Assembly (NCBI GenBank): GCA_045602545.1
Contig: JAZSBR010000017.1
Span: 2,675-66,674, forward strand
DNA: 64,000 bases
Reading direction: 5' to 3'
Source: Alphaproteobacteria bacterium
GTDB taxonomy: Bacteria; Pseudomonadota; Alphaproteobacteria; RF32; CAG-239
Below, in pieces: positions 1-10,644 of this stretch. The notes below the pieces were generated by a model that had not been told where the DNA came from, ran no database searches, and saw only the letters and a list, made by a program, of their open reading frames with translations. The position numbers and the translations under genes were made by a program. Every line of letters begins with the position of its first letter. Positions within the stretch are counted from its first letter, which is position 1.

Positions 1-795
1 GGCAAGGCGTGGGTTATCTCAAAGCTTGAAAAACCGAGCGCTATTGCCGAATTGGATGAAATTGTGCAAGAATCCGACGGCATTATGGTTGCGCGCGGTG
101 ATTTGGGTGTTGAATGCCCGATTGAAGATTTGCCGGTTATGCAAAAAGATATTGTGAAAGCTTGTCGTAATTTTGCTAAACCTGTGATTGTTGCAACACA
201 AATGCTTGAATCTATGATTCAAAATCCGACTCCTACGCGTGCCGAGGTTTCAGATGTGGCAACGGCTGTTTATGACGGAGCTGACACGGTTATGCTTTCG
301 GCTGAAACGGCTGCCGGTAATTATCCTGCCGAAACAGTGAAAATGATGCATAATATTATAACCCAAGTTGAACACGATGATGATTATTATGAGCTTGTGC
401 AACGTGACAGAAAAATTATGTGCGTTGATAATATGGCAGATGCTATCACTTATACGGCTTGCGATATGACCTATGTTTTGCCGAAAACGGCTGCCGTTAT
501 GACTTATACAGCCTCAGGCTTTACGACATTTTTGATGGCTCGTGAACGTCCAAATTTGCCGATTTTTGCCGTTACGGCATCAGAAGAAGTTGCACGCAGA
601 TTAGGCATTGTATGGGGTGTGCGTGCGGTTATCAATCCGGAAATATTTAAAGATTTTTCTAAAATTGACCTGGCTTCAAAAGAAATATTGAAAAAATATA
701 ACATCGGTAAAAAGGGTGATTATCTGATAATTACCGCCGGTTATCCGCTTGGGCATAAGGGTATGACAAACATGCTTCATACGATTGAGCTATAA
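1..795 (+). CDS. pyk: pyruvate kinase, C-terminal part (5' end lies left of window)
   Basis: Frame 1 is open from base 1 (GKAWVISKLEKPSAIAELDEI..). PK signatures DGIMVARGDLGVE and MLSAETAAGNYP are present. Confidence 0.9.
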   Translation, partial: GKAWVISKLEKPSAIAELDEIVQESDGIMVARGDLGVECPIEDLPVMQKDIVKACRNFAKPVIVATQMLESMIQNPTPTRAEVSDVATAVYDGADTVMLSAETAAGNYPAETVKMMHNIITQVEHDDDYYELVQRDRKIMCVDNMADAITYTACDMTYVLPKTAAVMTYTASGFTTFLMARERPNLPIFAVTASEEVARRLGIVWGVRAVINPEIFKDFSKIDLASKEILKKYNIGKKGDYLIITAGYPLGHKGMTNMLHTIEL

Positions 796-801
796 AACGA
801 A

Positions 802-830
802 AATAAGCCTCCTAAAATCGGAGGCTTATT
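802..830. terminator. hairpin between convergent pyk and GT2 genes
   Basis: aataagcctcc-taaaatc-ggaggcttatt perfect stem, flanked by A/T runs on both sides. Confidence 0.6.
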
Positions 831-1709
831 TCAAAAGTGTATGGTGGTTTTGCTTTGGGCAATTTTAATTCCGCAAAAAAAGTATTCTTTTTTGTAATTA
901 CAAATTTCTCTGGTACGTACCAATTTGAGCCCCAAAACCCTTAATAGACACTCTTTTTCCCAAGCTAAAGGTACTTTAAGCTTATTTTTGAGTACAAACT
1001 CATTATAAAATTCATGCGCACTGCGAATATTTTTTTGTTTTTCAGGATTTTTTATACTGGTGGCGACAATTGATTTTTCATTATATCGGTAATAATAATC
1101 AGCTTTTGGGACGCAAACGGCTTTTTTTGCTTTATAAGCTACCTGCGGACTCCAGATGATATCTTCAAAAGTAATACCTTCTTTGAAAAATAAGTTATTA
1201 TTGAGGATAAACTCACGACGATAAATGCGATTCCAAACATAGCAAGTTTTAGGTAAATTCAGTAATTTAAATATATCATCGGTTTTATCGGCAACCTGTT
1301 TCTTTTTATAACAAAGCCAAGGTTTTTCGCCGTTTTCAACGCGAATGATGTTTCCAAGCGCGATATCGGCATTTTCTTTTATTGCCGAGTTATAAAGTTC
1401 TTCCAAAAATTGCTCGTTGATATAATCATCAGCATCAACGAAGGAGAGATATTCGCCTTTGGCTATTTTCATTGCGTTATTGCGAGAAGCTGAAAGACCT
1501 TGATTTTTTTGGTTTATGATTTGTATGCGCTTATCTTTTTTGGCATAGCCTTTTAAGATTTTCAGACTGTTATCGGTTGAGCCGTCATTAACGCAAAGTA
1601 TCTCAATATCCTGCAATGTTTGCGCTAAAATGCTGTCCAAACATTGAGATAAAAACTCTTCGCCGTTATATACCGGTACAATAACCGAAATCTTCGGATT
1701 TTTTTGCAT
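831..1709 (-). CDS. family 2 glycosyltransferase
   Basis: ISVIVPVYNGEEFLSQCLDSILAQT..VNDGSTDNS..DADD, the typical GT2 N-terminal fold signature. Confidence 0.85.
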   Translation of the reverse strand: MQKNPKISVIVPVYNGEEFLSQCLDSILAQTLQDIEILCVNDGSTDNSLKILKGYAKKDKRIQIINQKNQGLSASRNNAMKIAKGEYLSFVDADDYINEQFLEELYNSAIKENADIALGNIIRVENGEKPWLCYKKKQVADKTDDIFKLLNLPKTCYVWNRIYRREFILNNNLFFKEGITFEDIIWSPQVAYKAKKAVCVPKADYYYRYNEKSIVATSIKNPEKQKNIRSAHEFYNEFVLKNKLKVPLAWEKECLLRVLGLKLVRTREICNYKKEYFFCGIKIAQSKTTIHF

Positions 1710-1724
1710 GCGTTTTTCCGTTTC

Positions 1725-3020
1725 TTAGTATCCGATAGCCTTATTCATAGCGCGAATAATCTGGTTTTGCTTGTCACGATTTTTCGGAGTTATGATTTTT
1801 GCACAAGTGTTCGCCATATTCTGCATTTCAGCTGTTGAAGCATTGTCATAATACTTAAGCGCTAAATCGGCAATATAATCAAAACGTGATTTATTGATGG
1901 TTGTTGTGCCGGCAAAAAACTCAGATGCAAGAGTTAAATTATGCTGATCCGTTTGCAAGCCGAGATAATATAAGCAATAAACAACTTCTTCGTCACCGGC
2001 ATAAATTGCTTTGTTTATACTTGAAGCCAAGAATCTAGGTGCCGGCTTTGCCGATACCGGCTTAATCAAACGACGCGGAGCAGGTTTAGGAGCAGGTTTT
2101 GCCTCGGCTTTAGGCGCAGGATTCGTTTCTGCTTTTGCCTCAGCCTTTGGCTCTTCTGCTTTTGTTTCTGTTTTCGGCTCAGCCTTAGGCTCTTCAGCCT
2201 TCACTTCGGCCTTTACATCTTCTTTCGGCTCTGCTTTCACATCAGCTTTAGCATTTTCTTGCACAACCGGCGCAACTGCTGTCGCAACAACTTCTTTCGC
2301 TTTGGTTTCAACCTTATTTTCAGCGGATTTTACGTTTTCAGCAGTGGTTGAAATTGCTTTTTCAGCAGATTTTTCGGCCTCGGCAATTTTATTTTGCGCT
2401 ACTTCTTTAGCTGTTTCAACTTTTTGAGCCGTTTCTTGCTTTGCTGACGTAACATTTTCTTTTACTTCAGCAATTTTATCAGCAACATTTTCTTTTACTT
2501 CGGCTGTTTTTGCCTGAACATTATTAACTGTTTCGACTGTTTCTTTCTTAATATTTTCAACTTTTGCGGAAGTATTTTCTTTAAGTTCCTGAGTTTTTGC
2601 CAACGTTTTTTCTTTTATATCGCTAACTTTTTGTTCGGCTGTTTGTGTGCCGGCCGAAGCTTTTGCCACCAAGTCACTCAAGTCTTTATTGTTTTGTGCA
2701 GATTGAAACATATTAACGATATCGCCCAAATTTTTCTTTTCGGCAATAGCAAGAGGGGTCCAGCCTTTATCATTGGCAATATTGGCATCAGCTCCCTTTT
2801 CAAGCAAAAACTTTACCATATCGGAATTTCCGGTTGCGGTTGCATAGTGTAATGCCGTATTTCCGAGTTCGTTTTTGGCATTAACATTTTCGCCGGCATC
2901 CAAAAACGCTTGGATTTTTGCCACATCGCTACCTTTGGCGGCATTAACAAAACTCTCAACATCGGCATAAGCAGGGATAGCAAGAGCCGTCAAAACAGAA
3001 ACTAACAGATATTTGTTCAT
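1725..3020 (-). CDS. secreted ankyrin-repeat protein with long K/E/A/P-rich low-complexity region
   Basis: Signal peptide MNKYLLVSVLTALAIPAYA. Ankyrin repeats (GNTALHYATATGNSDMVKFLLEKGADANIANDKGWTPLAIA). Tandem KAEEPKAE/AEVKENV repeats. Confidence 0.75.
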   Translation of the reverse strand: MNKYLLVSVLTALAIPAYADVESFVNAAKGSDVAKIQAFLDAGENVNAKNELGNTALHYATATGNSDMVKFLLEKGADANIANDKGWTPLAIAEKKNLGDIVNMFQSAQNNKDLSDLVAKASAGTQTAEQKVSDIKEKTLAKTQELKENTSAKVENIKKETVETVNNVQAKTAEVKENVADKIAEVKENVTSAKQETAQKVETAKEVAQNKIAEAEKSAEKAISTTAENVKSAENKVETKAKEVVATAVAPVVQENAKADVKAEPKEDVKAEVKAEEPKAEPKTETKAEEPKAEAKAETNPAPKAEAKPAPKPAPRRLIKPVSAKPAPRFLASSINKAIYAGDEEVVYCLYYLGLQTDQHNLTLASEFFAGTTTINKSRFDYIADLALKYYDNASTAEMQNMANTCAKIITPKNRDKQNQIIRAMNKAIGY

Positions 3021-3085
3021 TTGAAAATCTCCTATTAAAGTAAAGTATTTTGCTTTAAAATAATCATAAATACTTAATATTATGT

Positions 3086-4849
3086 TTATTTCGGTAAGTC
3101 AAGTTTTATATGCAGTTCACTTAACTGTTGCTCGGTGACTGTGTTCGGTGCCTGCATCATCAAGTCTTGAGCTTTGCCGTTCAGCGGGAACAAAATGACA
3201 TCACGAATAATCGGTTCATCAAGTAGCAACATAACCGTGCGGTCAACTCCCGGAGCGCAACCGGCGTGCGGAGGTGCGCCATACTTGAAGGCATTTATCA
3301 TACCGCCGAATTTATTGTCCACAACATCGCGACCATAACCGGCAATTTCAAACGCGCGATACATAATTTCCGGAACATGGTTGCGAACGGCACCCGATGC
3401 CAGTTCAACGCCGTTGCATACCAAATCATATTGGTATGCCAAAATTTCCAATGGATTCTTGTTGTTTAAGGCATCTAATCCGCCCTGAGGCATAGAGAAT
3501 GGGTTGTGAGAAAATTCAACTGCTCCGGTTTCTTCATTTTCTTCGTAAAACGGAAAATCAACAACCCAGCAAAGTTTGAAGGAATTTTTATCAAACAAAT
3601 CAAGTTCTTCACCGAGTTTATTTCTTACTTTTCCGGCAAATTTATCAATGAGTTTTTTATCTCCGCCCATAAAGAACACGGCATCACCTTCGGAAAGGGC
3701 AAATTTTTCTTTTAACTGAGATAATTTTTCTTCACTGAAAAACTTGGCAATACCTTTGGCTCCGTTATCGGATAAGGCAACATAAGCCATACCGCCGAAA
3801 CCTTCTTCTTTGGCATAAGCATCAAATTTATCAAAAAACGAGCGAGGTTTATTGCCGGCATTCGGCGCTTTTATGGCGCGAATTTGCTCGCCGTTTGAAA
3901 CTTTGCCGTCATAAACTCCGAATCCTGAGTTGATAAAGAAGTCCGAGGCATCTTGAATGATGAGCGGATTTCTTAAATCAGGCTTATCACTGCCGTATTT
4001 GAGCATGGCGTCTTTGAAGGCAATGCGTTCAAACGGAGCCTTGGAAACAGTTTTGCCGTTGGCAAATTTGTTGAAAATTCCGCCCATTGTCGTTTCAATA
4101 ACTTTGAACACATCTTCTTGCGTAACGAATGACATTTCCATATCAAGCTGATAAAATTCGCCCGGACTGCGATCGGCGCGCGGATCTTCATCACGAAAAC
4201 AAGGAGCAATCTGAAAATAGCGATCAAAACCGGAAACCATCAAAAGTTGCTTAAACTGTTGCGGAGCTTGCGGAAGGGCATAAAATTTTCCCGGATTGAT
4301 GCGGGACGGAACCAAAAAGTCACGCGCACCCTCCGGAGAAGATGCTGTTAAAATCGGAGTTTGATATTCCGTAAAACCTTGTTCAACCATCAAACGGCGC
4401 ATTTCGGCAATAACTTTTGAGCGCAAAATGATATTGTTATGAATACGTTCACGGCGCAAATCCAAAAAGCGGTATTTCAAGCGCAATTCTTCAGGTTCAT
4501 CGCCTTCACCGAAAACCTGAATCGGCAAAACATCGGCTTCGGAATAAACTTCAACGGCGCTGACCTTAATTTCTATATCACCTGTCGGCATATTTTTATT
4601 GACGCTCTCACGTTCAACAACTTCACCGCAGATGCCGACAACACTTTCAACTCTGATATCTTTGATTTTTTCAAACAATTCGGAATTGCAATCAAAAACA
4701 CATTGAGTTATTCCGTAATGGTCGCGCAAGTCAACAAAGCATAAACCTCCGAGATTGCGTTTTCTGTGTATCCAGCCGGCAAGCTTAACTTCTTTTCCGG
4801 CATCTTCTTTTCTTAAATCAGCGCAGGTATGCGTACGATATTCATTCAT
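3086..4849 (-). CDS. aspS: aspartyl-tRNA synthetase
   Basis: 587 aa. Class IIb aaRS motifs ([33 protein letters not shown]) and an N-terminal OB fold. Confidence 0.95.
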   Translation of the reverse strand: MNEYRTHTCADLRKEDAGKEVKLAGWIHRKRNLGGLCFVDLRDHYGITQCVFDCNSELFEKIKDIRVESVVGICGEVVERESVNKNMPTGDIEIKVSAVEVYSEADVLPIQVFGEGDEPEELRLKYRFLDLRRERIHNNIILRSKVIAEMRRLMVEQGFTEYQTPILTASSPEGARDFLVPSRINPGKFYALPQAPQQFKQLLMVSGFDRYFQIAPCFRDEDPRADRSPGEFYQLDMEMSFVTQEDVFKVIETTMGGIFNKFANGKTVSKAPFERIAFKDAMLKYGSDKPDLRNPLIIQDASDFFINSGFGVYDGKVSNGEQIRAIKAPNAGNKPRSFFDKFDAYAKEEGFGGMAYVALSDNGAKGIAKFFSEEKLSQLKEKFALSEGDAVFFMGGDKKLIDKFAGKVRNKLGEELDLFDKNSFKLCWVVDFPFYEENEETGAVEFSHNPFSMPQGGLDALNNKNPLEILAYQYDLVCNGVELASGAVRNHVPEIMYRAFEIAGYGRDVVDNKFGGMINAFKYGAPPHAGCAPGVDRTVMLLLDEPIIRDVILFPLNGKAQDLMMQAPNTVTEQQLSELHIKLDLPK

Positions 4850-4974
4850 AAAAGACCTCTTTATTTTATCAAAACTTCTTATGTTCTAAAGCCAATAAAT
4901 AATAAAATCAACCCTAAATTAAAAAAAAATTAAAGAATAACACATATCATCGCCTTAAATTTGGAGAATTTGTG

Positions 4975-6123
4975 ATGAATTTGATTGATACTGACGAAAA
5001 ACTGAAAGATTTTTGCAAAACCTTAAAAAAGCAAGATTTTATTACCGTAGACTCGGAGTTTTTGCGCGAAAAAAGTTATTACCCTTATTTGTGCCTTTTG
5101 CAAATAGGTTATGACGGCGGTTCGGCAATTGTTGATCCGATTGCCAAGGTCGACTTATCGCCTTTTTTTGATATTTTGCAAGATAAAAAAATTGTAAAAG
5201 TTTTTCATGCCGGTCGTCAGGATGTGGAAATTTTTTATAATTTAACCGGAGAATTACCGCAGAACATATTTGATACGCAGATTGCCGCCATGGTTTGCGG
5301 ATTCGGCGAAAATGTAAGTTATGGTAATCTAGTGAAAGAAATTTGCGGTGTTGAGTTGGATAAATCATGCCGTTTGACTGATTGGAGCCTTCGTCCTTTG
5401 GATGAAGAACAGCTTGAATATGCGCTTCATGATGTTACATATCTGGTGGATTGTTATAAGTTTTTGCTTAAAAATATGCAACAAAACAATCGTCTTGACT
5501 GGATTAAGGAAGAAACCTCAGAAATATATGATTTAAAGCATTATCAAATAAATCCCGAAGATATGTGGCACAAGATAAAGCACAATATCCATAGTTCGCA
5601 GTTTTTATCGGCACTTAAATATCTTTGCATGTGGCGTGAAAAACGTGCGCAAAAATTCAATACTCCTCGCCAAAGTATTATAAAAGATGAAGTGCTGATA
5701 AATCTGGCAAGTTCTCGTCCGTGTGATCAAAAAGAGTTGAAAACGGTTCGTAATATTAAGTGTGATGTTGTGAACGGCCGTTTAGGCGCCGAAATTTTGG
5801 AAGCATTGGAAACCGCGCGTCACAATCCGCTGAAGGAAGAAGAGTGTCGCCAAGATAAACAAAGTGATGTTCATGTCCACCGAAAAGATCAAAGCTTGTT
5901 GGAAATGTTGCGCTTTTTACTGAAATTGCTTTGTTATGAGCAAAATGTCGTAACGCGTTTGGTGGCAACTGAAGACGATTTGCGCTATTTCATATATGGC
6001 GAGCAGACCGGCATTACGCAAGGTTGGCGCTATGAAATTTTCGGGCAATTTGCCGAAAAACTTAAAAACGGCGAATTGAGCATATCTTATAATCCGACCG
6101 ACAGAAAAATTGAAGTTAAATGA
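4975..6123 (+). CDS. rnd: ribonuclease D
   Basis: DEDD 3'-5' exonuclease block (VDSEF..., HDVTYL) followed by an HRDC-like region. ATG at 4975 sits 7 nt after GGAGA; the track's GTG 4972 is less likely. Confidence 0.85.
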   Translation: MNLIDTDEKLKDFCKTLKKQDFITVDSEFLREKSYYPYLCLLQIGYDGGSAIVDPIAKVDLSPFFDILQDKKIVKVFHAGRQDVEIFYNLTGELPQNIFDTQIAAMVCGFGENVSYGNLVKEICGVELDKSCRLTDWSLRPLDEEQLEYALHDVTYLVDCYKFLLKNMQQNNRLDWIKEETSEIYDLKHYQINPEDMWHKIKHNIHSSQFLSALKYLCMWREKRAQKFNTPRQSIIKDEVLINLASSRPCDQKELKTVRNIKCDVVNGRLGAEILEALETARHNPLKEEECRQDKQSDVHVHRKDQSLLEMLRFLLKLLCYEQNVVTRLVATEDDLRYFIYGEQTGITQGWRYEIFGQFAEKLKNGELSISYNPTDRKIEVK

Positions 6124-7000
6124 TATTCTTGACAGCCTTTTGAACGCGAAAATAACCGAGTAAACAAATATAAAGGCACAGTTGTTTGCGCCAAGATTGT
6201 TTTTTGTTGTTGCTCAAACGACGCAACAAAAGATTTATGTAGAACATTTGAAATCCGTATTTCCACTCTTTTGAAGAAAAGTGAAATTGAGAATTTATCA
6301 TATTGTATAATCGGCGCAATCGGTGACAACTTCCGAAAAATCCGCGAAATCCTGAAAGCTCTAAACATAACCCGCACCAGTCTTCGCTATCATAACCGTA
6401 ACGTATTCCTTCCCAGTCCAAAATAATCGGAGCATTATCTTTGGTTATCATCAGATTATTGGCCGTAAAATCTCCGTGAATAATGTTTTTTGTTTTCGGC
6501 AAAGTTACAATATCGGAGGAAAGCGCTTTCCAAAAATTTTTATATAAAAGACGAACAATCAGACCGTTTCTCTTTTGAAGCAAATCGTCTATTTTAGAGC
6601 ATAATTGCTTCATATCAAATTGCGGGGCAATAAATTGAGCGTCTAATCTGCGTTTAAGCAACTCTTGATATTGCAGGCAAAGTTTATCCGTAAAATCAGG
6701 AGTAAAGTCGTTATAATAAACTTTGCGCCCGTCAAAATAAGACATTATCAGCATTTTATATTGCTTAAAATCTTCATATTTCGTCGGGTGAAGAATCTTC
6801 AGCATTTTGCAAAGTGCTTTTGTTTTTTGGAAGCGTCCATTATCAGGCAACAACTTTAAAAAATAGCGCTTATTTTTGGTTTGCACACAAAAGTTATATG
6901 AAGCACCGCCGACTTCAATTTCCTTTATGCTTTCATAGTCGGCAAAAACTTTATTTTTTTTAATAAACTGTTCTAATCCGTGTAAATCAGCAAATTTCAT
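6116..7000 (-). CDS. phosphotransferase, APH/choline-kinase family
   Basis: Brenner-type motif IIHGDFTANNLMI and ILDWEGIRYG. Its 3' end overlaps the convergent rnd by 8 nt. Confidence 0.6.
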   Translation of the reverse strand: MKFADLHGLEQFIKKNKVFADYESIKEIEVGGASYNFCVQTKNKRYFLKLLPDNGRFQKTKALCKMLKILHPTKYEDFKQYKMLIMSYFDGRKVYYNDFTPDFTDKLCLQYQELLKRRLDAQFIAPQFDMKQLCSKIDDLLQKRNGLIVRLLYKNFWKALSSDIVTLPKTKNIIHGDFTANNLMITKDNAPIILDWEGIRYGYDSEDWCGLCLELSGFRGFFGSCHRLRRLYNMINSQFHFSSKEWKYGFQMFYINLLLRRLSNNKKQSWRKQLCLYICLLGYFRVQKAVKNII

Positions 7001-7012
7001 AGCAAAAACCCG

Positions 7013-7843
7013 TTATCTGCGATATTTATGTGCCGGATAGCACCCCAAAATTTGGTAGTTTTCCGAAAAGAATTTTAATTCGGAAAGCGCAAATTGTAAA
7101 GCTTTAGAATTTATGTGTTGTTCAACTTCAATATAAAACTGCGCCGAGAAAAATTTGCCATTCAAAAGATAACTTTCCAATTTTGAAATATTGATGCCGT
7201 TCGTGGCAAAACCGCCCAAAACTTTATAAAGAGCCGCCGGAATATGCTTGGTTGTAAAAACGATGGAAGTAATAAAATTACCGCCCGTATCTTCCGGAAT
7301 GATTTCATCTTTTTGCATAATTAAAAAGCGGGTAGTGTTGTTATCGGCATTTTCAATGTTTGGTGCCAAAATATCCATTGAATAAATTTCAGCCGCCAAT
7401 TTGGAGGCAATAGCCGCCTTGGTTTTATCTTGTTCCAAAACAATTTTTTCGCATGATTTTGCCGTATCAATTCTGGAAACGGCCTTAATGTTGTGCGCTT
7501 TTAAAAATTCGGAACATTGAGCAAGAGCCTGCGGATGAGATGAAGCGCTGACAATATCTTCAAGTTTTGCGCCTTTGATTGCCAACAGCTGATGTTCAAT
7601 GCGCAAAAAATGCTCACCGATAATATGAAGACCTGCTTTCGGCAATAAAAAATGCACGTCTGAAACACGTCCGGCATTGGAATTTTCAACCGGAATAACC
7701 GCCTTATCAACAGTCCCGTTATTTACCAACTCCATTGCTATTTCAAAAGAATCACAAGCAATATATTGTTGATTTGGAAAAAGCTCCATGCAGGCAATAT
7801 GTGAATAAGCTCCGGCAACACCCTGATATGCGATTTTTTGCAT
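7013..7843 (-). CDS. pheA: prephenate dehydratase (monofunctional, PDT+ACT)
   Basis: IAYQGVAGAYSH start, TRFLIM motif, C-terminal ACT-like region. Confidence 0.85.
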   Translation of the reverse strand: MQKIAYQGVAGAYSHIACMELFPNQQYIACDSFEIAMELVNNGTVDKAVIPVENSNAGRVSDVHFLLPKAGLHIIGEHFLRIEHQLLAIKGAKLEDIVSASSHPQALAQCSEFLKAHNIKAVSRIDTAKSCEKIVLEQDKTKAAIASKLAAEIYSMDILAPNIENADNNTTRFLIMQKDEIIPEDTGGNFITSIVFTTKHIPAALYKVLGGFATNGINISKLESYLLNGKFFSAQFYIEVEQHINSKALQFALSELKFFSENYQILGCYPAHKYRR

Positions 7844-7962
7844 TTTACACCCCTAAAAAAGAAAACATAATATGTTTTTTAGCAAAATTTTCGCGCTTGT
7901 CAATGATAAAAGAAAAGTCATGCCCGACGAATATTAGGCATCTGATGCAAAATCCCTTCATT

Positions 7963-8000
7963 GTCATAACGAGGAGGACTTTAGTCCGACGTGGTGATCT
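7963..8000 (+). repeat. 38-nt block shared with 44904-44941 (opposite strand); apparent relic of a family-gene N-terminal segment
   Basis: gtcataacgaggaggacttYagtccgacgtggtKatct occurs at both sites. It translates as VITRRT(L/S)VRRG(D/Y)LP in both. Confidence 0.6.
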
Positions 8001-8102
8001 TCCAGATAAAAACAAGTGTTTATTATAAAATCATAGCACCGCCCTTAAACAGGCGTGAAAGATTGCCTCGTCGAACATTCGTTCTCCTCGCAAAGACAAT
8101 TA

Positions 8103-9122
8103 TCACTTTCTAAACGTCAATATCACAAAGTTGTCGTTACCATCGTGAAGCCACTCGTTTGCCTCTGCCGGAGTCCAACGTTTTTTGGCAAATGGGTATT
8201 CATCCAAGCAAGCATTATCCCAGAAAACCTGTCCTTTGGCATAGCAAGAAGATTCGTTTGGTCTTGATCTGCTAGGCACATAACCTTTTTGCCCGAAATC
8301 AGAATCAAAGACATCGGTCAGGTTAATAGCATCATAAGGAGCTAATAAATAATCTTCTAGCGAGCTGTATTCCGTTGTTTCACAATTTTGTCCTTGCGCA
8401 TCGCAAACTTTGAGTTTCCCGTCAGATGTAAAATCATATGTTTCAATAATATCTTGATTGCCATAATTGTCAACTTTGCTTACTGGTCTGCCTGATTCAT
8501 CATAGATGATGCTATAATCATCCATCGGCATAGAACGTACTGAAGAAATCCTTCCATTTTCGTACTCCAATAATGTATCGGTATATGGTTCCCATATTGT
8601 AGCCCCAAAATTTATTATATTGCCTTCAGCATCAAAGCTCGCATTAACAAAACCTAAAGCATTTCCGTTTTCATCATAGCTTTGCATGAATTTTGAAGTT
8701 TCACCAAAATTAGGATAGTAGGCCGTTGCATATAAAGGATCCCCCTGCATATTTTCAGGACTATTAATAGCATTTCTATAAGTTCTTATATCTGTAGACC
8801 AATCATACTGTCCTGGATTGTCGTTTTTTATAGTTACTATATTACCATCATAAGTATAAGTTTCGGCACGACTACCAGACCTATAATATGACATAAGTCC
8901 ATTATCATAATATTGGTATTCATTCCCATAAGAATCTCTGGTCACATAAAAAGTTCCATCTTTAACATAACCTTCATTGCGACCGTCTGTACATTTATTA
9001 TCAGAATCGCAATTAAGAATAGGATCATTGTCGATAACTGTTTTACCGCTCACTATTCTAGCATAGGCATCTGTGCCATAAATTGCAATCATAGTTATTA
9101 AAATTAAGGTTGTTTTTTTCAT
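8103..9122 (-). CDS. secreted protein, YD-repeat-like passenger, family C-terminal tag
   Basis: Signal peptide MKKTTLILITMIAIYGTDAYA. Repeated YD..G motifs. Ends ..KRWTPAEANEWLHDGNDNFVILTFRK. Preceded by leader copy 1. Confidence 0.8.
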   Translation of the reverse strand: MKKTTLILITMIAIYGTDAYARIVSGKTVIDNDPILNCDSDNKCTDGRNEGYVKDGTFYVTRDSYGNEYQYYDNGLMSYYRSGSRAETYTYDGNIVTIKNDNPGQYDWSTDIRTYRNAINSPENMQGDPLYATAYYPNFGETSKFMQSYDENGNALGFVNASFDAEGNIINFGATIWEPYTDTLLEYENGRISSVRSMPMDDYSIIYDESGRPVSKVDNYGNQDIIETYDFTSDGKLKVCDAQGQNCETTEYSSLEDYLLAPYDAINLTDVFDSDFGQKGYVPSRSRPNESSCYAKGQVFWDNACLDEYPFAKKRWTPAEANEWLHDGNDNFVILTFRK

Positions 9123-9149
9123 TTTAGTTCTCCATTAAAATTAAATTTT

Positions 9150-9365
9150 AAAAACTTTAAGACCGCTATAATAGCGGTCGGAAGCTGAAAACTATTAAAA
9201 GACAAATAGTGCGTTTTATTAAAATCTCAAGGATTTCTATTCACACGCCTTCCGACCAATATAGTCAGAAGTATTTGTATAAAAAAATGTCTTTTACGAG
9301 GTTTTCAGGCCTCCGAGCCTTTTATGCTCATCTTTTATATTAGCTGAAAAAAATTATTTTGTAAA
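9150..9365 (-). promoter_or_regulatory. family promoter + structured leader RNA + terminator, copy 1
   Basis: -35 TTTACA (9360-9365), 17 nt, -10 TAATAT (9337-9342). RNA starts near 9329 with GAGCAUAAAAGGCUCGGAGG. Terminator gaccgctat/atagcggtc at 9161-9179. Confidence 0.75.
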
Positions 9366-9433
9366 GCAAAAAAATAAGAACCAAGGCGGACGCAAACTTA
9401 AATTTTCGGCTTCTTAAATAAAATTTAAGGGCT

Positions 9434-10642
9434 TTGGTGCTAGAAAAAAATTATAATAAAAAGAATCGGTGCTTAAAGATGATGACAACCAATATTAAAT
9501 ACATATTTTCTACCATAAAAAACTCTTTTTTGCCGGCACTTTGCTTTGCGCTCGGGCTGGTGTTTTTTTATGCTTATCAACCATATGAAACCTCAACAAA
9601 TCCGTATTTGCACTGGATTTTTTATTGTTTGTCTTTTGTTTCTTTAAGCGGACTGTTTTTTGTTAATCGCTCAAAGCCGTTTTTGAGCCTGCTTTGCGGA
9701 ACGTTTTGTTACTTGCTTTTGAATAATTTGAAAATTATGAAAGGTGCTGAATTTTCCGGCTCGGCTGAATTTTTATGGCTTTGTTTTTTGTTGCCGTTGA
9801 ACTTGGGAACTTATTATTTTCTGCCTCCTGCCAAATTAAAAAATATGCGCAATTTTTATTTGTTGTTGCTGACTTTTGCCGAGTTGATTTTTGCTCAAAA
9901 TTTCGGCGAATTTATTTTGCAGATTCCTTATATTGATATGACTGTCGGTATGATGCCGCTATGGATAACAATTGTCTGGATTTTGGTCTTGGTGCCGATT
10001 GCACTTGATATAAGTTTTCATAACACTATCGTCAACACCGGCTTGTTTTATGCCGATACGGCATTGTTTTTCGGGCTTATATATGCAGATAACGCTTCGG
10101 CTTGCACCACTTTCTTTCTTACTTTTTCGGTAATTTTAAGCGTGACTGCTGTGTTGGATTTGCGCCATCTCTATCGCTATGACTATCTTGACGGTGTCGG
10201 CAGTTTTCAATCATATATCTCACAAGCCGGAAACAAATTTCCGTTCAAATATACCATAGCCCTTTTGTGCATTGATAATCGCGAAAAACTGTTTAAGGCA
10301 ATCGGCAAGCGAAAAGTAAAAATTTTGGAACAAATGATCGTTAATCGCATTCAAGATTTTCCCTACGAAATAGAAATTTTCCGCCACGAAGCCAATGAAT
10401 TGATTTTGGTTTTTAAAAATGAAACCGCAAAGCATGTTATGGATTATGCCGAGGAAATTCGTCGCACGTTAGCCGGTTCGGAATTTATTTTTCAAGATCA
10501 GGACAGCGTTAAAATAACCGTTTCAATTTGCGTTTCAGAAAAAACACGAAAAGATCTTAATGCCGCCGAAGTTATAAATCGCGCGCACAACACTTTGCAA
10601 AAAGCAAATGCTTTGAATTGCAACATATCCATGAAGGCTTAA
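9434..10642 (+). CDS. multi-pass membrane protein with degenerate GGDEF-like C-terminal domain
   Basis: About 6 hydrophobic segments, then a GGDEF-fold-like pattern (..ALLCIDN..; RHEANELILVF in place of RxGGDEF; ..ITVSICVS..). Start may be the internal ATG at 9479. Confidence 0.55.
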   Translation: MVLEKNYNKKNRCLKMMTTNIKYIFSTIKNSFLPALCFALGLVFFYAYQPYETSTNPYLHWIFYCLSFVSLSGLFFVNRSKPFLSLLCGTFCYLLLNNLKIMKGAEFSGSAEFLWLCFLLPLNLGTYYFLPPAKLKNMRNFYLLLLTFAELIFAQNFGEFILQIPYIDMTVGMMPLWITIVWILVLVPIALDISFHNTIVNTGLFYADTALFFGLIYADNASACTTFFLTFSVILSVTAVLDLRHLYRYDYLDGVGSFQSYISQAGNKFPFKYTIALLCIDNREKLFKAIGKRKVKILEQMIVNRIQDFPYEIEIFRHEANELILVFKNETAKHVMDYAEEIRRTLAGSEFIFQDQDSVKITVSICVSEKTRKDLNAAEVINRAHNTLQKANALNCNISMKA

Positions 10643-10644
10643 AA

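Noticed and set aside
7941-7960. CUGAUG string near the 38-nt repeat, considered as a hammerhead ribozyme core
   Set aside because: It reads CUGAUGC rather than CUGAUGA. There is no matching GAAA box or three-stem arrangement around it.
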